NCBI RefSeq assembly: GCF_006345805.1
Contig: NC_043004.1
Coordinates: forward strand, 21,948,001-22,012,000
Source of the DNA: Octopus sinensis
Taxonomy: Eukaryota
DNA: 64,000 nucleotides
Direction of reading: 5' to 3'
Shown here: positions 53,463 through 64,000 of the stretch, one piece after another
How positions within the stretch are numbered: position 1 is the first letter of the stretch
Layout of the letters: each line of letters begins with the position of its first letter
Program-made: the position numbers and the translations under genes
The notes under the pieces: generated by a model
Databases searched by the model: none
The model's input: the letters and a program-made list of their open reading frames with translations, nothing else
What the model was told of the DNA's origin: nothing

Positions 53463-55754
53463 CGTGTGTCTTACAGGTGAATTGGAAATTTTACACTTAG
53501 ATTTATAGATCATAAATTGATTTTTTTATGACTAGTGTATCTTTGCGTGATATTTGAGAACTGACGCGTACTATGAGTTTTAATTCAGTCAGTTATTTTA
53601 TGGGCAATTCCCTTGTGCATAGATGTGACGTTCAATAATAATTTCATATTTAGTTTCGCTTTATGTCATTTTATGTACTGGATTTATGTTACGACTTGTA
53701 AAGCACAATTTATTATTCTGAATCGTGAAGTTTCATCTTACCTGTTGGAAATCAAATTTGAAATCGTGCTGGTCATGTTTGGGACAATTTATATTTGTAA
53801 TTTGCTATGACATATAATTCTAATGTTTTTCACGTGTTATTTTTTTATTTATTAATCTATTTTGAGTTCGTATACATGGGTTTATTGATATAGTGCGTTA
53901 GATTCACATAATACATTACGCTTGGCTATGTTTATATTTCTAATGCTATGTAGTCCTTGATGTATTCGTTCCATTCTATTTGTACCGTTCTGTGGATTAT
54001 TTTATTACTTGTTAGAATATTTGTTGCTGAAATAATGTTTGACTTAATTTTGAGATCTCTTTTATTTGCGCCTGTTATAGAGAATAATCTCAAGTTTCTC
54101 CTCAATAAAGATTTCCCCAACAACACTTCGTATCCTTCATTGTCGACCTCCTAGTGCTTGCATTTCTTTCTATTTTTGCTGCCAAAATACGATGTTTTAT
54201 CATATATTCTGTCTAAATATTTTAAATGTATTCACTGTACCACTACTATGGATGTCAAATTTTAGTATGGGTATTCCTAAAGACCCCCTTTATTTTCTCG
54301 GTGTGTCTTGTTTGTCGTATACGAGGAGTGTAACGTCTACATGCATAGAATGTATTGTATGCTCATATTTTTATACAACCTTCTTTGTTCCGTTGCCAAG
54401 TTCGGATTCACTTACAAAGAACCTTGAAGTACTCCGTGTTTTTGCCACTGTAATTCTCAACTTTGATTAAGAATGGCCTACGTTGATGTCTTCAGTAATT
54501 ACATTGAAAGTAGCTATGTCATATAGAGAGAGAAATGCAAACCAGCATCAATTCATTCTAAAATTAGACTTTGAAAGCATAAATACTAGAAAAGCTGAAG
54601 ACCGATTCAGTAATATTGCACTTTGAAATATGAAGGTGAGTGGTACAAGGGTGAGGAAGTATGGCTCACGGTTGTTATCTCTTGGGTTTGTTTCCCGGAG
54701 CAGGGTTCGTATCGTTTCATTTCGCACGGTAATTCGTTTCATACTACTGAAATATAATCCTCGAAAAATTAGGACCAGGGATATATGGAAGGTATTCCTG
54801 TGGTAGAATAAGATAGTTTTCGATGTGGGTCTAGTTCAGTCAGCCAAAACGCATCTGAATAACGTTCGACTTATGAGTCTCTAGGCTCATGGTAGACTTT
54901 TAAGCTGTTATACTCCAAATAAATCACATGTTTAAAAAATGTCTTTGCAAATGATTAAAATAGAACTTGCACATGTTGTCCACTCACACTATGTGTGAGT
55001 ATGCGACTGAGCGTTACTTATATGCTTATATAAAGATTATTTTGTAAAAGAATAAATCTTTGCTAACAAAATGACAGAAAAATCATGCAACTATTATCGT
55101 AATCTCTCTCAGGTTATTATTTCTGTTTAAACGGCATTGTTATTGACTCGAGCAAATCTAATGCTCTTAACAGAAAATGTGTTTGTCATGTGCTTCATGT
55201 GGAAAGCCGAATACGTGTATTTATAAATTTCAACAAGATAGAATATGACAGTATTCCATTACATGTTTGCATCTTCTAACATTCCAACCCATCATAGTTC
55301 CTAGGCTTTGAAATTTATCCGTTTGAATATATTGCAATTAGGAGTGATGCAATAGCTTGGTGAAGACATATTCTACGAGGAAATATAGGAAAATGGAACT
55401 GATTAGTATAGAAATATCTACACCAAACTAGAAACTCACAAGTGCATTTGTATTAGAAACTTGTTGAAGCTGCTGATAAATAGTTACAAGCTACTTGTAG
55501 CCGCTAAGGAACTTCCTCATCGTTGCCTATTTCTATATAATATCCTCTTAGGAATCGAAACACGTAAAACTACTCAACCAGATTAAGAGCTTACACTGAA
55601 TTACTTGTTTATAGTGATGTTTTACAATGGTGATCCCACAGACTTATATATACATATATTCTATATATACATATTTCGGTATTGACAAGACTACAGGATG
55701 TTATTATACATCGCTGATCCCAATGAGCTTCACGTTGTTTTAATGTTTGAATGA

Positions 55755-55910
55755 AGCCACCCCGCTGGCTAGGCGAACAGGCCAACCTTCCCCCATCGTT
55801 GGGTTACTCAACTGGAGCAACGTGAAATGAAGTGTTTTGCTCAAGAACAAAACTCATCGGGAATGAAACACATAATTTAGCGCAACACCTTAACCACTAC
55901 GTCACGCACT
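55755..55910 (-). mobile_element. SINE fragment (16517 family)
   Basis: CTGGAGCAACGTGAAATGAAGTGTTTTGCTCAAGAAC...CCTTAACCACTA. Confidence 0.7.
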
Positions 55911-57344
55911 TTCAGCACACAGATATACAGATATCTACATATATGTACACACACAGACACGCACACACACACACATCCATATATATGTACTTATTTCCAA
56001 GGAAAATGTTTCACACAAGAGGAATTGTTCTTGTAAAGCTGTTTTAGAGGTACGTTAATGCTAAAATTGTCTAATGTCTATAGGTCTTCAAATAGTTAGA
56101 TATACTTTTCTGTAATCCAATTTGATTAACTATTTTTCACACACGTTGTAGAATTAAACACAGAAACCTACAATATTTCGGTAACTATTTATGTCAACGA
56201 GGAAACCACTGTACGATAACACCATTCAAAACCTTATTAAATTGAATTGGCAGGTTATTGCAGAATTTCAAATATACCGTTTTTTTTATATTCCTAATTA
56301 CGAAAGTGATCAATCAATTTGGAACTGGGATTCTTAACTCAAAATCTATTTGAGTTCTGCTTGTCGTACATTAGAGCGAATAATTGTAGCAGACAGGGAA
56401 TTTCCATCAAATGCAACAAGTAGTAGCGCACTAAAAATACATACACACACCTGCACGTAAGCAAATGTATGCACATCAAGAAACAAGCGAAAACCAGAAC
56501 ACATATTTATGACCGAGCACTCATTTTTTTGTCTTTATCTTTTAGTAAGTAACCATGAGTTAAAATATGTATGTAGGTGTTTGTGTGGGTGTAAGTTGGC
56601 CTATGTATGTCTGTATATATGTGCCAGGACCACTTTTGTTCCTGGATGTATCTAATATATATGTATATTGGGAGCAGTATTTGTCATAAATTTGATATAA
56701 TAATTGGAGATTATACATGTTAAACGGACTAGTTATCTATTGTATAACTGAATATAGTAAACAATTGGATGCGCTTTAGTTGCATCATACCTCGAATTAT
56801 AAAGATGGGAGATATTTCGAACGTTTAAGGGAATGGTAATTTACTATTTCATATTCTAATACGAACAAACGAAATAACAAAAATAAATGCATTAATTCTA
56901 AACTTATTAGTAAAATTTTATGCGTAATGCTTAAATTAATATTTCTAAGGAAAATGTTATTGTATTTATATATTATCACAAAATAGATCTTTCTTTAGGT
57001 AAATGTACAAATGGAGATAATGTAATTATTTGAATTGAAGTCTTATCAATATCAAGAGTTTGATAGAATAACGTATAGAAGAAATTGAGAATTGGATTAT
57101 ATAAAATTATTATCTTCAATGTGCATTTAATATCAGAACTATAGACAGCAATTAAGACGAAAAACGTATCTATATAAACGTTCCCTCTTATATGAAAATG
57201 GCAAAACATTACCTTATATATGCTTATACAGGTTGTATGTTTAACGCAAAATGAAGGAAACAGTATGGAAATATCATAACACATAGTGAACATAGCGAAT
57301 ATAATGGTTATGCTCTATATTTATGTGTACACACACACCACACA

Positions 57345-57447
<103 letters not shown>

Positions 57448-57530
57448 TGTACCCGTATATATACACATATACATACACAAAGACACACATACATACATAA
57501 TTACATACATACATGTATACATGCATACAT

Positions 57531-58145
57531 AATGAAATCCGTCGGAAGGATAATTCCGAGGACAAAGAAATAAGAACCCGAAGTACGGTAGCAGCCATAG
57601 CCACTCATAATAATGATGAATACTGGTCGAATGTCCCAGTGAAGAGCTGAATAAAATTTAAGTACAACTGCCCAGCGGATGTTAACGTAAAGCTGAAGAT
57701 CAGTGAGAAAATGAACACCTATGCTGAACTATTGAGAAATCTGCAGTTGCTCTATCCAGATTCCAAGTTCGGGTTAATACCAGTAATTATTGGGCCCCTG
57801 GGATATGTACCACATTGCCTAAATACCAATCTTGAGAACTTAGGCGTCTCAAAACCAGAAAAGAGAAGTCTAATTCGAAGACTACAGATCAAATCCCTCA
57901 CTGGAACTATAAAAATCTGTGAAACTTTCCAGAAGTTTATCATTTAAAAAATGTATGAGCATGTCTAGATATGCAACTATATGCATGAGAATACATGCAT
58001 GAAACATATAAATGTGTACATACATACATACAAAAATACCCTGTTGTTGTTGAAATTCCAAAGAAGGAGACTTGGATCTAGGTTAGAAACCGGTTCTTTC
58101 TCTATAGGCAGGAAATCTTGAAATAAACTGAATAATGACATACAT
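57531..58145 (+). mobile_element. 3' end of an RLE-type non-LTR retrotransposon (R4/Dong/NeSL-like), internally deleted
   Basis: A single frame reads NEIRRKDNSEDKEIRTR...EYWSNVPVKS*IKFKYNCPADVNVKLKISEKMNTYAELLRNLQLLYPDSKFGLIPVIIGPLGYVP...LTGTIKICETF. This matches the RLE motif (CP.D.N...K..EK...Y..L......P..IG.LG), with the PD..D segment missing. The 3' UTR ends AATAATGACATACAT. Confidence 0.85.
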
Positions 58146-58329
58146 AAATCTGGTCACCACTCAATGTCAAATTAAAAACGGAACTCGAAGCACTCCAGTA
58201 ACCTAGACTAAAAGCAACAAATTTGCTACTAGGGAAACACTGAAGAGATTAAGAGTTTGCTCCCTAAAACGAAGGCGGGAAGAATATGCAGAAATATACA
58301 TTTGCAAGATCCAAGAAAGGCGGGCGCAG

Positions 58330-59072
58330 AAGTGTTAACATTTTACAGCAGTGCTTGGAAGGAATGTGTGTAGCGTGTGATCGTTACATTGACCATGACA
58401 GAGTAAGTTGAAAGGCCTAGGCAAAGTTGCAGAAAGTATATGGTGAGGGGTGTATGAGCTGTACAGAAGTGTACGAGTGCGTCAGACGTTTCTAAAAAAT
58501 GTCAATATTGACGAAAGTTCTCGGTGACCCGTAACCAGCAGAACTGTGAAAACATCGCAGACGTGCGTGCAGCTGTGAAGTGAAATCGTCGAATCACCAT
58601 CTGTGAGTTATCAGAGCATGTGCAGATTAATTACGGTTCAGTTCAGTGCATTTGCACTGAAGATTTGAGCATGAGACGCGTGTCTTGCAACTTTGTGCCA
58701 AAACTGCTTTCAGGTGACCAAAAAGACATTCAGTCTTCACTTGTACAACATCTCCTTGATGGTATCGAGAACGATGAAAACTTCTTGAAATCTTTGCTTA
58801 GGCCTCTGAGCAGGTATCGCCAAGATTGTGGCAAAATTTGATGCAGATTCTCTGCTGAACTTCCTCTGTCATGGTCAATGAGATGATCACACACTACGCA
58901 CCTTCCTTCCAAGCACTGCTGAAAACAGTGGAAGTGATCGAGAACGTTAATATTTAGTGAACATGCACAGCAGAGCTGAAGATGAATCTGTGCCAAACGG
59001 TTTTACTCTGCGTGCTTTAGTTTTGTTACTACGATAACAATCCGGATATTCATTGATCAGACCACGTTTGTA
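58330..59072 (+). mobile_element. Degenerate mariner transposon
   Basis: Fragments KLQKVYGE, RRITICELSEHVQINYGSVQCICTEDLSMRRVSCNFVPKLLS.DQK...DENFLK (mariner WVP(R/K)LL region). TIR-like TCCGGATATTCATTGATCAGACCACG at the right end. Confidence 0.85.
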
Positions 59073-61874
59073 TTTCCATCTGTGATCTGGTTTCTCCAAT
59101 AATACGACACTAATTTTCCGGATTGTCGAAACAAATTCTTGCTCCTTTTTGGTGGTGCTAAACGAAGCATAAACTGAATTATGAACACATTATCAGCAGT
59201 ACTTACAAATACTGAGAGACATTCCTATTTGTTTGTTTTTCTTTATTAATGTAACCATATTTAGCTCCAGGTATGTTCCCAATGAATATATAAAAATGTT
59301 CTTGTTAGATAAACCGTATATCCTGTTTACTGTTGATTATTGTAAGTTCCAGTGTAGAAAAACTTGGCAGCAATTTGTGTAAACTCAGTGTGAGTCATAT
59401 AGCATTAACTCTCCTGCAGTTTTGAGATAAAGAAAGAAACCAAAGAAATGCTCTATTTTGTGTGTCTGTGAGAGGGCGATTAACTGTAATTCAAAGAAAC
59501 ATCAGGTAAAAGGAAAGCAACGATAGATGTAAAAACATTATAACTTTATGATGTTTCGATGAAGTTGTCTAAGGTGGGCATTAGTGGAATAAGGCCGAAA
59601 ATTCATCAAGAATTACTCCTAGATAATGCGTATGGTTATATATATAGATCACTGGCCGTAACATGTCCAGGTCCGAAGCAATGCTAATGAGAGAGTATTG
59701 CTTTTAGAAGTGTACGTCAAGGAGTACACCGACCACTGAAGATGAATCACCAACAGATTATAAAACATTAACATGTGTCATGTCACATTACGGCTCTAAT
59801 TATGTCAGAACACAAGGGTGCAAATTGATAGTCATTGGTGAATGTTTTGGTACCATGGCTTTTAAATAAATACAAATCACACAAATCTGAGGGTCATCGT
59901 GCAAAGCACAAAAAAGCAGATTACAACTGATTGTATTGCATTAAAAATAATTTTGTTCAACAAGCAAGTTCTGATCTTTACTCCAATGGGCTGAAGCACA
60001 ATAGTAAGATAATGGTATATTTTAGACAGATACTCAGCACATTTTAGAGCAGCATTTCTGGAAAAAGTAAAACCTTTTTGGCATTTATGTACAAATCAAA
60101 TGCACGATGTTAATTCCATCTTAGGACAATGATATTTTAGTCGTTCAAGCCTAAATAGCTCAAACGTTTTACGAGACAGTTACTATTAAATGTTATTAAA
60201 ACTAGCTGACGATTACTCAATTGATTGAAAGTCAACGGCATGGTTTAGTGTGCTGTCACGGTTTGGAAATCTGCCGGAAAATCCACACCAAGAAATGGAT
60301 GGTATAAATTGTGGCCAGTGTGGATGCGTGAGTCTGCTCATGATGAAATGTTAGTAAATGAGTTTAGAGGATTTAGTTTTTCGACGAAAATTTTAATAAT
60401 CAAGAGCTGTTTAATTACGCTACTTATTTCACCTATCCTTCTATAAAGGACCTTACACTGAGGATAGTTGAAGAAAATATGTTTTTGAATGGTTGAGTAG
60501 AGAGGAAGATGCAGCTACCGTTTATCACTACACTGAATGAAATATTCTGCAGTTAGTTGTAAGCCCACTTTAACAAGCCAGTGCATGAGAAAGTAGTGAT
60601 GAAGATGAGCTACATGCAGCAGAAAGAGTTTAAATTCCGTATAGAAATATACAACTAAGCGCTTTAAGGGAATACTGTTTTATAAAGAAACAAGAAATAA
60701 CGAACAGTTACATGCTCCAGGATAAATTAACCAAAGAAAGCCAAAATATATGCAATTGTTCAGCTTATAGCATGTGTTATGAAAAGTAGCTAAAGAGTGA
60801 GGAACACTACCACCGTTTGATTCAGTTCTCCATATCTACCTCACGTTCCAAAATAAAGTAAATACGAATCCAAACAGCCCTTTATTGAAACACGTATATA
60901 TATGCTTAGCTACAAATCCCAGCTACGTACTTGGGAATCGACTGTGATGAACTCTTTTACATGGTCATTAAAATATATATTCAATGTTCATTTGATGTTT
61001 CTTGTTTCTGTAGTGCTCAACTATTACTGATATACATATGGGGGTATTTGTAAGATGGTATTTGAAAGATGGTTAGTCGTTTAGCTGAGTGTATTCTAAC
61101 CTCAGTACTCAGAAATTCAGAAAAGAATCACGAATGTACCCCTCTCCAGCTCGAGTGTGCTGGAGAACTATTCGACTCATTAAGAAACCCACTCGCTGTA
61201 TTTTGTCATGGAGAGTATAAGTGTAGACGTTGTAGACAGATAGGTATAAACACGCCAAACCAGACCAGAAACCGGAAGGGCAGCTGCTGCAATGAAATTA
61301 TAAGAGAGGTCGGATCCTCTGTTATTAACGTCATTGTACAGTGATTGACTCCGCTTGATGGCGGCTCACCTTAAATAAAATACGACACAAATATAGATAG
61401 ATGAATGGTTTATATGAATTAATGATGTTAACACCTTCGATGTTCCTGCTGTGTAGTTCTAAATTTCTTACTCAAATATGCCGAAATACTTTCCTACAAA
61501 TGACTATAGTAATGGGAAATAAGTGTATAAAATGTTTTAAATTTACAGTCTTAATAATTTTCTTTCAATTGTAACTGAAAAATCCGTCGTTAAACCGATT
61601 AGTTTATTCCTTTCCAGTGTTCTCTGGCAGCATTTCTACGCAATAAATCATCTTAAAATATTAAATATTTCAGTACACCGAACAAATAATCTCTCAAACA
61701 TAAGTGTAACTCTTAAACAGAAACAGCATGAGGAACAGAGCATTTCAGCACTTTCATTGAAATTGGATATTTGAAAAAATAGTTCTTGTTGGCGATTACT
61801 ATGAGGGTTGTAAAATCTCATTCCCCTTCGTGATAGTGTGTATGTATGTGTTGTATTTATCTGAGTACATGTGA

Positions 61875-61885
61875 CCATATATATA

Positions 61886-61935
<50 letters not shown>

Positions 61936-62044
61936 GTATGCTTATATAAATATATATGTATATATATATGTATGCATATATAAATATATATGTATATATA
62001 TATGTATGCATATATATAAATATGTATGCATTTATATATGTATA

Positions 62045-62100
<56 letters not shown>
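61875..62100. repeat. (TA)n/(TATG)n microsatellite
   Basis: Directly visible. Confidence 0.95.
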
Positions 62101-62103
<3 letters not shown>

Positions 62104-62688
62104 CGTATGTACGCATGTATCTGTGTGTGTAAGTGTGTAAATGCAGACAAGTATGCATCCAAGTATACATTTTCACATGCATATACACACGTATCTATTT
62201 CACACACATTATTGCGAAATGAAATCTTACAGCGGATATTGTAGTTACTGACGTCTTGACCGTGTAAGTGCATGTTTATAGGAGCGTGTCTGTGAGAATT
62301 TATGCATTTATGCATGTATATAAATGAAAATATGCGCTTATGTGTTCCTAGTGTGTTATTTAGATCCTAACAGCTGTTACTACATTTACATTCGTGGCTG
62401 TACAGCTTGAAGCTTTCGATTATTTTTCAATTATAAATTGAAGGATATAATCTTCACCCAGTTTTGTAAGAAATGTATTACTATTGATTTGAAAAATAAA
62501 CAGAAAGTTATATATTGTTTTATCAATCATAACAACATCAGTATTTAGTAGAGATTGAGTGGATTCTGAGGCAAAAGTCATATTTCATGCTTACATAGTT
62601 TGAATCCTGACTTGAAAGCTTTTGAATATGAAGTTTAATAACATTACTGTAAGGAAATTTATTATGGCAATATTCACAATTCCAGAAA

Positions 62689-63916
62689 TACGGGGGGGTA
62701 CCTAAAAGTAACCGGAAACATTTTCTGTAGGACAAACCTTCTGTAGTAGGTTTCCGACACTAGAAGCCACTTATATTGACCCTCAGACATCCGTCTGCCC
62801 ACCGGCGTTAGCTGCTGGAGACGTACAGACACGTTGTGCGTCTTTGTTTTGCAGTGTTTCTCCACTATTCGTTGATTTTTGCGCTGCCCGAAACAAAGGA
62901 ATAGCGTGCTGGGGAAAACAGCGGCCGATACAGATGTCAGGCATCAAACAGCTTACAAGGCCGCTGCTATGAGTAAAACACAATCTTACGAGTGGTTTCC
63001 ATGCTTCATGAATGGTCACTTGTTACTTGACGACCACACTCGTTCAGTATAACCGTCGACCTCCCGAACCGATGAAAGCATTATGAAAATTTTATCAGCT
63101 GATTTTGGAGGACCGTCACTGAACAATATTCTTATCTACTCTAGGCACAAGGCCCGAAATTTGGGGAAGGGGACCAGTAGATTACATCGACTCCATTATG
63201 CAACTGGTACTTAATTTATCGACACCAAAACGATGAAAGGCAAAGTCGACCTCGGCAGAATTTGAACTCGGAACGTAATGACAGCCGAAATACATATTTC
63301 TTTACTACCCACAAGGGGCTAAACACAGAGAGGATAAACAAGGACAGACAAACGGATTAAGTCGATTATATCTACCCCAGTACGTAACTGGTACTTATTT
63401 AATCGACCCCGAAAGGATGAAAGGCAAAGTCGACCTCGGCGTAATTTGAACTCAGAACATAAAGACAGACGAAATACTGCTAAGCATTTCGCTCGGCATG
63501 CTAACGCTTCTGTCTGTTCGCTGCGTTACTGAACAATATTGATGTCACTGAACAATATTGACGAACGTGTTGATATGACTGGTGTGTCCTGGGGCTTATG
63601 CCAACAAATTTTGAGCGAGAAATTGTGAACTGAAAGAACAGCTTTGAAGTTGGCCCGGACCCTTTTTCGAGTGTCTTCAGTGGTGATGAAAGCTGGGGCA
63701 ACGGAATTTTCAGATGTGGAAGAGATGAAATAAAACAACGGAGGCGTTAACAGTATCACTTTGCTAGAGTTCCAGCACTTCTTCGAATAATGGAAAACGC
63801 ACATGGACCGATTCCCGGATGGAAAATACTTTGAAGGCGATAAAAGTGTAAACATGTAAAACTAAGTGAATAAAATAATTTTGCAAAATTTCGGTTTCTT
63901 CTATGTACCCTCGTCT
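62689..63916 (+). mobile_element. Degenerate mariner transposon interrupted by SINEs
   Basis: TIRs TACGGGGGGGTACCTAAAAGTAACCGGAA and TTTCGGTTTCTTCTATGTACCCTCGT. Fragments MSKTQSYEWFPCF, GDESW and KYFEGD are present. Confidence 0.85.
63131..63527 (-). mobile_element. Tandem/nested SINE pair inserted in the mariner relic, with 13-bp TSD
   Basis: ACTGAACAATATT at 63118-63130 and 63528-63540. The young SINE tail GGGTAGTAAAGAAATA joins TGTATTTCGGCTG of an older SINE at 63295/63294. Confidence 0.9.
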
Positions 63917-64000
63917 ACTGGATGTTTGAAAAAAAAAGACCCCACATTGATCTGCATAACGATTGCTCACTATATAGCTTCTACCCTAGGTCAAAGCGTG

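Noticed and set aside
53735-53760. Second AG|GTAAG juxtaposition on the minus strand
   Set aside because: Poor polypyrimidine tract; compatible with chance or an ordinary donor.
53930-54480. Possible decayed APE endonuclease (WQRNKEG...YNTFY..RRYT) on the minus strand
   Set aside because: Similarity is too faint to support by eye.
61069-61344. 91-aa Cys-containing non-repetitive ORF
   Set aside because: No recognisable domain or splice context; the length is within chance range.

Overview
AT-rich eukaryotic non-coding DNA, most likely from an octopus (Octopus sp.). The taxon is inferred from memory of the octopus tRNA-derived SINE families and the very dense (TA)n/(CA)n/(CATA)n microsatellites, not from a search. 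I find no supportable intact protein-coding gene: most ORF-track entries are microsatellite or low-complexity artefacts, and the protein-like ones are transposon remnants. The window looks like a very long intron or an intergenic region. It holds about 20 SINE copies from roughly 4 families, Penelope-like retroelement (PLE) fragments with GIY-YIG endonuclease remnants and pseudo-LTRs, a CR1-type LINE 3' end, an RLE-type (R4/Dong/NeSL-like) LINE 3' end, two mariner relics, a DD37D (maT) relic, a non-autonomous Helitron and several MITE/foldback elements. The most notable signals are: (i) variant hammerhead-ribozyme motifs with compensatory base changes in the PLE termini; (ii) a ~620-bp near-perfect palindrome next to a 2.76-kb tandem duplication that carries two hammerhead-like motifs per unit; (iii) repeated insertion of a young SINE at the same position within older SINE heads; (iv) a recursive-splice-site-like AG|GTAAGT motif; (v) a pre-miRNA-like hairpin.
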